A stretch of 64,000 nucleotides of DNA from a virus (lineage: Duplodnaviria; Caudoviricetes), in the IMG/VR virus record IMGVR_UViG_3300021959_007005; one strand, given 5' to 3'. The notes under the pieces are model-generated. The model was not told the DNA's origin. It worked only from the letters and a program-made list of their open reading frames with translations, and did not search any database. Below, one piece after another: positions 1 through 8,277 of the stretch. A program made the position numbers and the translations under genes. Within the stretch, counting starts at the first letter, position 1; the number at the start of each line of letters is the position of its first letter.

Positions 1-540
1 TCAACAGCACGTTTTATTCTCACATGCAATTATCCCAACAAGATTATTCCAGCTATTCATAGTAGATGCCAAGGGTTTCATATTACTAGTTTGGATGAAA
101 CAGACTTTACAGTACGTATTGCAGAAATACTTGTTGAAAATAAAGTACAATTTGAAATTGAAACACTTGATAGTTTTGTAAGAGCAACATATCCAGATAT
201 GCGTAAAACTATTAATAATGTACAGATGGCAGTTGTTGATAATATACTAAACATTGGTGATGTATCTGAACAAGATACTGGTTGGCGCATTACTATGGTA
301 GATTTGTTTAAGTCAGGTAAGATTTCTGAAGCACGTAAACTTATTGTTGCAAATGCTAGACAAGATGAGTATGAGGATATGTATCGTTGGCTTTATCGTA
401 ATGTTAACTTTTTTGGTGATACTGATGATAAACATGACGAAGCGATTGTGGTGATCCGCAACAGTATGGTTAAACATACACAAGTTGCGGATCCTGAAAT
501 TAATCTTAGTGCTACATTAATTGAGCTAGCTCAATTGTAA
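1..540 (+). CDS. Clamp loader AAA+ subunit (T4 gp44/RFC-small like), 5'-truncated by window edge
   Basis: Frame is open from base 1: STARFILTCNYPNKIIPAIHSRCQ (RFC/gp44 sensor SRC motif); C-terminal VADPEINLSATLIEL typical of clamp loaders. Confidence 0.9.
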   Translation, partial: STARFILTCNYPNKIIPAIHSRCQGFHITSLDETDFTVRIAEILVENKVQFEIETLDSFVRATYPDMRKTINNVQMAVVDNILNIGDVSEQDTGWRITMVDLFKSGKISEARKLIVANARQDEYEDMYRWLYRNVNFFGDTDDKHDEAIVVIRNSMVKHTQVADPEINLSATLIELAQL

Positions 541-541
541 C

Positions 542-946
542 CTACCAATCGTCATCCTTTGCGGCTTTTTTGGCTACTGGTTTAGATACTGCTTTAGCGG
601 TGTACGCCTGTGATCCATAAAATGCAGCAACAATAGCAGCAACTGATACAAAATACACACTCGCCATATCTCCTAAAATTTCACTTGCTTGCACTAAGTT
701 TAGTGCTACACCAATAACAACCGCAAATGGATACAACAACATTCCAGCTAGTGCAAACCATGCCATGTTACGCTGTGCATCTTGCTTTTTATCTTCATTC
801 TCCATTGTTACTTTACGAAATTCAAGTTCCATAATTGCCTCAGCCTGTGCCATTTCATCGTCTGTAATAATACCATCGCCATCAGCATCTAATTGGTTAT
901 ATTTAGATGATGATTCTAGTGTTTTAGCTTTTTTCGCTGCCGCCAT
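542..946 (-). CDS. Small membrane protein with EF-hand-like loop and two TM helices
   Basis: DADGDGIITDDE fits the 12-residue EF-hand loop (D1,D3,D5,G6,I8,E12); two hydrophobic segments (AWFALAGMLLYPFAVVIGVAL; YFVSVAAIVAAFYG). Confidence 0.65.
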   Translation of the reverse strand: MAAAKKAKTLESSSKYNQLDADGDGIITDDEMAQAEAIMELEFRKVTMENEDKKQDAQRNMAWFALAGMLLYPFAVVIGVALNLVQASEILGDMASVYFVSVAAIVAAFYGSQAYTAKAVSKPVAKKAAKDDDW

Positions 947-987
947 CGAGTTCTCCTTTGTCTTCTCTCAGGAGTATTTATTGCTAA

Positions 988-2124
988 TTACCAAAATTTA
1001 AGTTTCTTAGCTGCATGTTTTACTGCATTTTCTGCATCCCTTGCTGCTTTAGCTGCGGCATCTGCTTGTCTTTGAGCTTCTGCTGCAACACGTTTAGCTT
1101 CTTGTTCCGCCGCACGTTGTGCCGCAGCCGCTTGTTCTGCTGCCTGTTGAGCTGCAACCTGTGCTGCTTTCTGAGCAGCTCGGCGTTGAGATTCAGCCTC
1201 GGCTGCAACACGTTTTGCTTCTGCTTGTAATTCTCTATTATGACGTGCAAGAGCTTCAGCTGCTTCTCTAGCAGCCGCCTCGGCTTCTTTTTGTTGTTGC
1301 TTTATCATAGCAGCGGCACGATCTGCTTCTACTTGTGCGGCTTCCGCAGCCGCATCTGCTTGTTCTTTTGCTAATTTAGCAGTGTCATATGCTGCTTGAT
1401 GTGATGCTTCTGCAACTGCCTTTGAGGTTTGGGTGACTGCCTCTACTGCTGGTTTTGTATCCACACTAACACTAGCATCAATTTCAACACCTGCAAGTAA
1501 TTCAACTTCTCCACTAACACCGATAGTTGCAACACCATCTTCCATTGTTGCACCACCACCAACATCAGCACCTACTTGAGCACCAATACTTACACCAGCC
1601 CCAATGCTTCCGCCATTCCCTGCGTCATCATATGCACTAGTTGAGTTTTCAACCCCTACACCAACACCAGCATGAGCACCAGCCTCACCAGAAATACCAT
1701 CCATTCCAGCCTGTGCATGGGCACCTGCATCAGCTTCTGCAAAAGCGGTTGCTGATGACTCATTAGTAATAGTCACATCACCTACGTCTGCACTAGTACT
1801 TGTGCCAGCTTCAACACTGGCACCAGTTTCGGCACCAATATCAGCATATGCATTTCTATCATCTACACCAGCTTGTGCTTCTGCGGTTGCATGTACTTCT
1901 GCACCAACATGTGCTTCGTTTGTAATTTCAACATCACCAACAGTATCTGTTCTACTTGCACTTGCTCCAGTTTCGGCATGTGCTTCAGCAGTTGCCGCAA
2001 CACTTGAATCAGTTACTTCAGCACTTGCACTTGCTCCAGCTTCAGCATGTGCTTCTACATCAGCCCCTGCTACAAATGCCTCCGCTTTTTCCTGTTTACT
2101 CAACTCGACTTTATCTTCGCTCAT
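988..2124 (-). CDS. Hypothetical Ala/Gly-rich repeat protein with C-terminal Ala/Gln/Glu coiled coil
   Basis: 378-aa ORF, SD GGAG upstream; N-half has AEAHAE/AGA and VGDVxITNE repeats; C-half is a TolA-like helical AAEQAA tract ending KKLKFW. Confidence 0.75.
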   Translation of the reverse strand: MSEDKVELSKQEKAEAFVAGADVEAHAEAGASASAEVTDSSVAATAEAHAETGASASRTDTVGDVEITNEAHVGAEVHATAEAQAGVDDRNAYADIGAETGASVEAGTSTSADVGDVTITNESSATAFAEADAGAHAQAGMDGISGEAGAHAGVGVGVENSTSAYDDAGNGGSIGAGVSIGAQVGADVGGGATMEDGVATIGVSGEVELLAGVEIDASVSVDTKPAVEAVTQTSKAVAEASHQAAYDTAKLAKEQADAAAEAAQVEADRAAAMIKQQQKEAEAAAREAAEALARHNRELQAEAKRVAAEAESQRRAAQKAAQVAAQQAAEQAAAAQRAAEQEAKRVAAEAQRQADAAAKAARDAENAVKHAAKKLKFW

Positions 2125-2160
2125 AAATCTTCTCCTATAATAAGTTTATTATGTATGTAG

Positions 2161-2820
2161 TTATTTATTCATATCATTGAGAGGATTATCAAGTGCTTCG
2201 TCTATTCTTTCATTAACCTTGCTATCTAATTTACTCATTTCCTTATCAATACGTTCTTCGGTTTCACGCATATTATCCCTAACATCTTTTTCTGACTCTC
2301 TAACAGTATTTTCAATTTCACGTAGTGTTGCACTAGTCTCAACTCTAATGACATCCATTTGTGTTCTAATAATTTCTAATGTATTATTAATTTCTTGTTG
2401 TGTTGCTTTAAGTCTGGATTCACTTGCTTCTAATTGGTTCTCAATATTATCTTCTGTTTTCTTAACTCTCAATTCAGTACTATCAGTTGCCGCTTCTAGA
2501 CTTTGTATGTCAGCTTTAAGTTGGTTTCTAATATCTCTTGTATAGTCCAGAGCCTTAATTACTGAATCATCAATTGCAATTAACTTAGTTGCATTTGTTT
2601 GTTCAACTCTTTCTAATTGAGAATTTAACACACTTAGTTGCTCCTGCAATCCACTAAGATCTGGAGCAACATATTCTTGTATCTGTTCTTTCATATTTCT
2701 ATAATCGTTATAAAATTCAAACCCACCCCATGCAACTCCACCCAATGTGCTGAGTGCAGTTATAACAGCAAACATCTTGCCACCTGTAAATTTTACTCCA
2801 CCTACTTCTACTTCGGCCAT
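2161..2820 (-). CDS. Hypothetical N-terminally anchored coiled-coil protein
   Basis: Hydrophobic N-terminal segment (MFAVITALSTLGGVAWGGFEFY) followed by about 170 aa of heptad-like sequence. Confidence 0.75.
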   Translation of the reverse strand: MAEVEVGGVKFTGGKMFAVITALSTLGGVAWGGFEFYNDYRNMKEQIQEYVAPDLSGLQEQLSVLNSQLERVEQTNATKLIAIDDSVIKALDYTRDIRNQLKADIQSLEAATDSTELRVKKTEDNIENQLEASESRLKATQQEINNTLEIIRTQMDVIRVETSATLREIENTVRESEKDVRDNMRETEERIDKEMSKLDSKVNERIDEALDNPLNDMNK

Positions 2821-2822
2821 AT

Positions 2823-3143
2823 TTAATCTCCTATTGGTATTTCTAATCCAAAAACAATTCCTACTTGTCTGCCATTTTCAATCCCAGGCATAACAAACCA
2901 ATTGTCTTTCTTCCATCTTATCATTGGCGTAATTTTGTAATCAGTATAGCCAGTAATCATTCCTACTTCTATATTTTCAAAAATATTTACCCCAGTGTAT
3001 ATACTTACTTTATTTTCGCTGTTTAAAAACACTCCAGCAAATATTTGTTCTTGTGTACATCTAAAATTTGGATGTATTTGGTTATAATCATATTCAAACC
3101 CCACATGCATACTCAATCCTAAACTAATTAGACATTCAATCAT
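2823..3143 (-). CDS. Hypothetical small protein, predicted beta-strand rich (possible small outer-membrane barrel)
   Basis: Alternating aromatic/hydrophobic strands (EVGMITGY, PMIRW, WFVMPG, GIVFGLEI); tightly coupled to neighbours. Confidence 0.6.
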   Translation of the reverse strand: MIECLISLGLSMHVGFEYDYNQIHPNFRCTQEQIFAGVFLNSENKVSIYTGVNIFENIEVGMITGYTDYKITPMIRWKKDNWFVMPGIENGRQVGIVFGLEIPIGD

Positions 3144-5976
3144 TGTATTGTTCCCTTACCATTTTTTTATGTAGTTCATCACTTGCACCATTAAAAAATC
3201 TAGCACTAGGGTTATCCCAAACCTTCTGGTCAGTGTATATCCCTTCAGAACTATACCAATCGTTATTAGTTGGCATTTGCGGCTGTATGTATTGACGGAA
3301 GCTAGGATTGTACCCTAGTAGTGCTGCCTGTGCATCTTCACTGTCATCACCTGCTAGTGCTTTTTCAACTAGATCGTCTTCTAGTTGCTGTTGTTCTAAC
3401 AAATCTTCTGGACTAACTTCGTCTAACGGTTCTCCCATTTCATTTGCTTCTTCTAATGCTCGCTTTGTCATATCAATTATAAATGCGTTTATTTCTGCTG
3501 CAATTATACTTGATATCTCCGCTGCTACAGTTGCATCTATATTGCCGCCAAAGGAATATGTTGACTCCTGAGTTTGTCCGTAATCAGCTGCGCCTGTAAC
3601 ATCTACTGTAGAAACCCCTGTGCCTGCAAGCATTTCTGTAGATGTTCCAGAATTGAGAGCAGCGATGCCGCTGTCTCCCTGTTGTAGTGTTGTTTGTCCT
3701 GTGCTAAAGTTTTGCATAGAACTATTACTACCTGTTGTGAATGATGTTTGTGATCCTGTTGACCCTCCTTCGCTTGTTGACCCTCCTCCGTTATTGTTAG
3801 CAAAGTCGCTACTACTTTGTCCTGTATCTTGTCCTGTATCTTGACTAGCGCCACTATTGTTAGCACTTGAACCTGCATTTCCTGTATTACTATTTTCAGT
3901 ACTTCCAGTATTCTGTGCTGTACTATTTGCACTGTTGCCTGCACTATATCCACCTGTGCTAGATTGTGTACTCTGTTGTGCTTGTGTTGACGCCACTTGT
4001 TCTGCTGCTTTAGTTGTGGTACTTGCAATATTAAGTGCTCTAGTTTTTACACTTGATCGTTTTGCAACAGTTGCAATTGGAGATTCTACTGTTTCTTCTT
4101 CAATTACTTCTTCTTCAATTACTTCTTCTGTAATTTCCTCAATAGTTTCTTCTACTAATTCTTCTTCAATAACTTCTTCTATAGTTTCTTCAACTGTAGC
4201 TTCTGTTTCCTCTACAATTGGCTCTTCTACAATTGACTCTTCAAACGCTTCAACTGTCTCTGTAAACGTTTCTACTTCAGTAAATTCTTCTACAGGATCT
4301 GTAAATATTTCTACAGGCTCTGTAAATTCTTCTTGCGTGTCAACTACACCTGTTGACTGTTCTACGTCAACACCCGTTGACTGTTCTACATCAACACCTG
4401 TAGTTGCTTGTACATCTTCGCCTGTGCTTATATCAACAATAGGATCTTCGTATGTTTCTTCTGGAACAGGCGGCTCACTAAAATCTTGTTGTCCTGTTTG
4501 TTCTTCAATGTCAATACCAGTAGTTGCTTCTAGGTCAACACCGGTGGCTGCTTCAACATCAATACCTGTTGTGTTTTGAATGTCTACTCCTGAATTAGTA
4601 TCTACCATTCCGGTGCTTTGATCTACTGGATCGCTTGTCCCTGTAAATGTTTCTGGTTCAGGGTTTCCTGCATCTGACCCGTCATCCTGTCCGTCACTAG
4701 ACTGTGTACTTGGATCATCATAAGTCTCAGGAGTTGGTTCAATATATCCTGGACACATATTACTACTCTGTGCATCCATTCTACATTGTTCATCAAACTG
4801 TTGCTGTTGATATGCATCATCATAACCGTCACAACTTGAGTCATACAACGGATCTGCTGAACACTGTTGTTGTGTGTATGCTTGTTGATATCCAGCACAC
4901 GATTCGTCATACAATGGATCGTTTGCACACTGTTGATCAGTATATGCTTGTTGATATCCGCTACAACTTGAATCGTATAACGGATCTTGTGAACACTGCT
5001 GATCAGTATATGCCTGTTCATAGCCACTGCAACTTGAATCATACAATGGATCGTTTGCACACTGTTGGTTTGTGTATGCTTGTTCATAACCACTGCAACT
5101 CGAATCGTAAAGAGGATCGTTCGAACATTGTTGGTCAGTATATGCTTGTTGATAGCCCGGACATTGATCTGAACTTAACGGGTCTGAATTACAAGCTGCC
5201 GCAAAGTCATCAGCTGCACCGTAATCGTAGTTAGGATCAAATGGATCTGCTCCTTCTCTGATTGCATATGCGAATGTCATTTTCATTCCACGCACACCAC
5301 TGCCTTCGCCGTTGCCTTCCATAGTCATTTCTACATACCAGTCATCTTCCACTGTAAAAAATCCTGGTGGAGGATGATCTACATCAAAGCCTGTCCAGTC
5401 TGCAAAAGATTGATTAGCATAGCTGTATTCAGAACTATATATTAATCCGTCTTCCCAATCGCCTTCATGTGTTTGACCTGTGGTGCCATTATTACTAGGA
5501 CCCCAAATTTTAACAGTAAGTATTAAGTTACTACTAGCATCAGGTTTCTTAACTTCCCATTCGTAACCAAAGCCTCTAAATTGTGTTGTAAGGCCAGCTT
5601 GCTGTAGTGCTTCATTAATAGCAAATGTAGATTTAATAATTTTATTACTAAGAGTGTCTGCGGAAAATGTATAGGAACCGTCTGTTGAAGAATATACTGC
5701 TACAGGATTACCATCTGAGTCGTAGCTCATAGTTTCATCAACGATATAACCTACGTTGCCATTCATGTCAAGTGTTGTACACTCTAATGTATCGCTTTCT
5801 GTGTTTTGGTATTTTCTGCCGTCGCGGTTTGATATCATTGCTGAGCCGCTGCCTGTGCCTGTGTAAGTTGTTACAGCACAGTTAGATGCTGGTGTAGGAT
5901 CTGCTAGGCTTTCGTTAGAGTAAAAGAAGAAGCAAGATGCCAGCGCCAGCGCCTTTAAGCATGTTGTTAGTTGCAC
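3136..5976 (-). CDS. Large secreted acidic protein with 22-aa Cys repeats and low-complexity linkers
   Basis: 946 aa, GTG start, signal-peptide-like N-terminus, tandem AYTxQQCxxDPLYDSSCxGY repeats, Glu-rich and Ser/Gly/Thr/Gln-rich tracts. Confidence 0.8.
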   Translation of the reverse strand: MQLTTCLKALALASCFFFYSNESLADPTPASNCAVTTYTGTGSGSAMISNRDGRKYQNTESDTLECTTLDMNGNVGYIVDETMSYDSDGNPVAVYSSTDGSYTFSADTLSNKIIKSTFAINEALQQAGLTTQFRGFGYEWEVKKPDASSNLILTVKIWGPSNNGTTGQTHEGDWEDGLIYSSEYSYANQSFADWTGFDVDHPPPGFFTVEDDWYVEMTMEGNGEGSGVRGMKMTFAYAIREGADPFDPNYDYGAADDFAAACNSDPLSSDQCPGYQQAYTDQQCSNDPLYDSSCSGYEQAYTNQQCANDPLYDSSCSGYEQAYTDQQCSQDPLYDSSCSGYQQAYTDQQCANDPLYDESCAGYQQAYTQQQCSADPLYDSSCDGYDDAYQQQQFDEQCRMDAQSSNMCPGYIEPTPETYDDPSTQSSDGQDDGSDAGNPEPETFTGTSDPVDQSTGMVDTNSGVDIQNTTGIDVEAATGVDLEATTGIDIEEQTGQQDFSEPPVPEETYEDPIVDISTGEDVQATTGVDVEQSTGVDVEQSTGVVDTQEEFTEPVEIFTDPVEEFTEVETFTETVEAFEESIVEEPIVEETEATVEETIEEVIEEELVEETIEEITEEVIEEEVIEEETVESPIATVAKRSSVKTRALNIASTTTKAAEQVASTQAQQSTQSSTGGYSAGNSANSTAQNTGSTENSNTGNAGSSANNSGASQDTGQDTGQSSSDFANNNGGGSTSEGGSTGSQTSFTTGSNSSMQNFSTGQTTLQQGDSGIAALNSGTSTEMLAGTGVSTVDVTGAADYGQTQESTYSFGGNIDATVAAEISSIIAAEINAFIIDMTKRALEEANEMGEPLDEVSPEDLLEQQQLEDDLVEKALAGDDSEDAQAALLGYNPSFRQYIQPQMPTNNDWYSSEGIYTDQKVWDNPSARFFNGASDELHKKMVREQYND
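4744..5193 (-). repeat. In-frame 66-bp tandem repeat (5 full + 2 degenerate copies) encoding C-x9-C units
   Basis: Protein units such as AYTDQQCSNDPLYDSSCSGYEQ repeated with synonymous divergence. Confidence 0.9.
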
Positions 5977-7147
5977 GTTCTTTGTCCTCTTCAGTCTGCA
6001 CTGCTACAGGTTGTTTTTCTGGATTAGCTGCCCATTTGTCTTTTGCTTCTTGACCTATTGAGCCATCGAATGGGCAAGGTGTTCCTGCCATTTCCATTGA
6101 ACGATAAACCCGTTCGTCTTGACAGAGTAAGCTAACTGCCGCGACCTTCATGCCCATGTTATATAATGTCTTAGAAAGTTTTAAAGCTTCACAGTTCATA
6201 TCTCTTACATGTGTTCCGCCTGCAATACCTACAATTTGTGTTTGCACTGCACCACTAATACTAGTTGTACAAGTGTCATTGCCGCCAGCATTTACTGTAG
6301 GAGCAATAGCACTCGGGGGAGGAGCTTCTATCTTTTGTGTAATAGTGCTGTTGTTATTGTTATTGTTTGTATTAGTGTTGTCACTAGTACTGTCAACAGT
6401 AGTTTCATTTGTATTGTTATTTGTATTGTTGTTTGTATTGGTGTTGGTATTTGTGTTAGTATTGTTATTCGTGTTTGTATTATTACTAGTACTATTAACA
6501 GTTTGGTCTACAGTACTATTATTAGTGCTGTTTACAGTTTGATTAACAGTGCTTGTATTCGTGTTGGTATTATTGTTAGTGTTCGTATTGTTCGTACCAC
6601 CACTTATAACATTGTTATTAGTATTAGTTGCTGTACTATTAACAGTTGTATTGTTGGTATTGTTGTTTGTATTGGTATTCGTGCTTGTGTTCGTATTAGT
6701 ATTGTTCGTGCCACCGCTTAAAACATTATTATTAGTGTTCGTATTTGTATTATTGGTACCACCGCTTAAAACATTATTATTAGTGTTCGTATTTGTATTA
6801 GTACCAGTATACGTTGTGGTGTTGTTGTTGGTATTTGTGTTGGTGTTGTTATTCGTATTTGTATTAGTACCAGTATACGTTGTGGTGTTGTTGTTTGTAT
6901 TCGTATTGGTATTTGTATTATTATTAGTATTTGTGTTAGTTGTTCCACCACTCATAACTGTATTGTTATTATTTGTATTAGTATTTGTACTATTCACAGT
7001 GCTAGTGCTAGTAGTTGTACTATCAGTTTCTACGTAACTTGTATCATCAAAGTTACCATCAGCATCGTTTGCCACTTGTGCTGATACACTCGATGCTATC
7101 ATCCACAGTAACGCCGCTAAGATGGTGGTCTTTAAAAAAAACTTCAT
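5915..7147 (-). CDS. Secreted Asn/Thr-rich repeat protein with Cys-containing C-terminal domain and hydrophobic C-tail
   Basis: Probable start at the ATG at 7147 (MKFFLKTTILAALLWMIASSVSAQ, signal peptide; GGGG upstream); about 210 aa of TNTNTNNN repeats; C-domain with four Cys; ends GAGILLLLLL. Confidence 0.8.
   Translation of the reverse strand: MKFFLKTTILAALLWMIASSVSAQVANDADGNFDDTSYVETDSTTTSTSTVNSTNTNTNNNNTVMSGGTTNTNTNNNTNTNTNTNNNTTTYTGTNTNTNNNTNTNTNNNTTTYTGTNTNTNTNNNVLSGGTNNTNTNTNNNVLSGGTNNTNTNTSTNTNTNNNTNNTTVNSTATNTNNNVISGGTNNTNTNNNTNTNTSTVNQTVNSTNNSTVDQTVNSTSNNTNTNNNTNTNTNTNTNNNTNNNTNETTVDSTSDNTNTNNNNNNSTITQKIEAPPPSAIAPTVNAGGNDTCTTSISGAVQTQIVGIAGGTHVRDMNCEALKLSKTLYNMGMKVAAVSLLCQDERVYRSMEMAGTPCPFDGSIGQEAKDKWAANPEKQPVAVQTEEDKERATNNMLKGAGAGILLLLLL
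6345..7000 (-). repeat. Low-complexity Asn/Thr coding repeat with internal duplicated blocks
   Basis: Repeated TTTYTGTNTNTN (x2) and NNVLSGGTNNTNTN (x2, plus a VISGG variant) units. Confidence 0.9.
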
Positions 7148-7190
7148 GAATTTCCCCAGTTGTATGTATCTAGCACATATTCTCACTACA

Positions 7191-7198
7191 GTATTTAT
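7191..7198 (-). promoter_or_regulatory. Putative T4-like late promoter (ATAAATAC) for the minus-strand secreted-protein operon
   Basis: Same TAAATA core precedes many late-type genes in the window (e.g. 25681, 27244, 29606, 30084, 41099). Confidence 0.5.
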
Positions 7199-7204
7199 CG
7201 ATCA

Positions 7205-7224
7205 GGTGTTAAAATTTTAACACC
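7205..7224. promoter_or_regulatory. Perfect 20-bp palindrome GGTGTTAAAATTTTAACACC between divergent promoters
   Basis: Exact self reverse complement; lies between the 7191-7198 (-) and 7236-7243 (+) TAAATA boxes. Confidence 0.55.
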
Positions 7225-7235
7225 AGTTAACTATG

Positions 7236-7243
7236 TATAAATA
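7236..7243 (+). promoter_or_regulatory. T4-type late promoter TATAAATA
   Basis: Exact T4 gp55 consensus, 5 nt before the ATG at 7249. Confidence 0.6.
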
Positions 7244-7248
7244 GTTTT

Positions 7249-7491
7249 ATGAAATCACAACAAATGGAAGAACAAGATACATTTTTTGAATTGTTTGAGA
7301 CTTGGACAGAAGCATTACCTGTACCAGAAGAATATTGTTTAGACAATGATGTTGATGATTTTATTATTGATAAAATAAAAGATGCATTATTGGAGCATAA
7401 TGGAAATCAAACAAAAGCAAGCAAGTGCTTGGGTATTAAGCGTACTACACTAATTGCTAAGTGTAAAAAATTAAATATTTTTAGCCTTTAA
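7249..7491 (+). CDS. Fis-family (HTH_8) helix-turn-helix protein
   Basis: IKDALLEHNGNQTKASKCLGIKRTTLIAKCKKLNI matches the Fis/NtrC C-terminal HTH pattern (AL..GN.t.AA..LGi.R.TL..K.k). Confidence 0.8.
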   Translation: MKSQQMEEQDTFFELFETWTEALPVPEEYCLDNDVDDFIIDKIKDALLEHNGNQTKASKCLGIKRTTLIAKCKKLNIFSL

Positions 7492-7651
7492 TATCTACAT
7501 AAACGCATTCTATTGTTTCAGATTTGTCGTTTACCATAACTGATGCTTTTTTTAAGTTTACTGTACACAGTGTTTCAGCTGTAAACGTATCTAAATGATG
7601 ATACCTTACACCTTGATCTTCCATGAATACAAACCACATTAATAACCACAT
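7481..7651 (-). CDS. Hypothetical 56-aa protein (not in supplied track)
   Basis: Hand-translated MWLLMWFVFMEDQGVRYHHLDTFTAETLCTVNLKKASVMVNDKSETIECVYVDIKG; starts 1 nt after the stop of 7653-8135. Confidence 0.6.
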   Translation of the reverse strand: MWLLMWFVFMEDQGVRYHHLDTFTAETLCTVNLKKASVMVNDKSETIECVYVDIKG

Positions 7652-7652
7652 A

Positions 7653-8135
7653 TTACCATTTCCCTGTTCCCATACCTATTAACCAAAAAATAACAGCTAA
7701 TACGCCTGCGCCTACTGCTGCTATAGATCCTCCGACTATCCATTCAAGAATCATTTGTTTGCGTTCTTCAGCTGCATAAACTTCTGCTGCACGTTTCTTG
7801 CGCATTTGACCTTCCATGCGTACAATTTCATCCCAAGCACTCGGGCCGTAATAAAAGCTGATGTGCGTTTTCATTTCTTCACGCATTTCTTTTGCTTTTT
7901 GTTTATGTCCCCAAATTTCTAGAGCATTTTGCTCTATTTGACTTGCACCAAACAGTTTTTTGAACATTGGTGGATTTTGTGCTTGTTTGTGTGAAAAGTC
8001 TAAATCACTCATAGCAGTTGACCACTGAGAAAGTGTGCCTGCCATATCGTGCAGTTCTTTTCCTGTGTCTATTGCTGACTTAATTCCGCGATATGCGGCG
8101 GCCGCCATGCCAATGGCGCTTACTGGATCTATCAT
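7653..8135 (-). CDS. Hypothetical protein with C-terminal TM helix
   Basis: 160 aa, SD GGAG; C-terminal hydrophobic segment; ATAAATAG box at 8187-8194 upstream. Confidence 0.75.
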   Translation of the reverse strand: MIDPVSAIGMAAAAYRGIKSAIDTGKELHDMAGTLSQWSTAMSDLDFSHKQAQNPPMFKKLFGASQIEQNALEIWGHKQKAKEMREEMKTHISFYYGPSAWDEIVRMEGQMRKKRAAEVYAAEERKQMILEWIVGGSIAAVGAGVLAVIFWLIGMGTGKW

Positions 8136-8216
8136 GTGTTAGATCGAACTCCTCTGTTTAAAACTTATTACTCTGTACTCTCATTACTATTTATTCATTT
8201 TATTGTAAAAAAGTAC

Positions 8217-8245
8217 TTGACACTAATATGCATTGGTGCTATACG
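8217..8245 (+). promoter_or_regulatory. sigma70-type early promoter, degenerate member of the palindromic-spacer family
   Basis: TTGACA-CTAATATGCATTGGTGC(17 bp)-TATACG. Confidence 0.65.
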
Positions 8246-8277
8246 TTACGTATCTTAAACACAAATGGAGAAATAAA

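Noticed and set aside
4744-5193. 66-bp tandem repeats as a CRISPR array
   Set aside because: The repeats are contiguous and in frame, have no unique spacers and vary at synonymous sites; there are no cas genes.
3857-7037. Long plus-strand ORFs (3857-4579, 4704-5234, 6209-6721, 6549-7037; likewise 1802-2140, 40268-40624, 41505-41945)
   Set aside because: They are antisense shadows of low-complexity coding repeats, lack SDs and have implausible Val/Leu/Ser-only composition.
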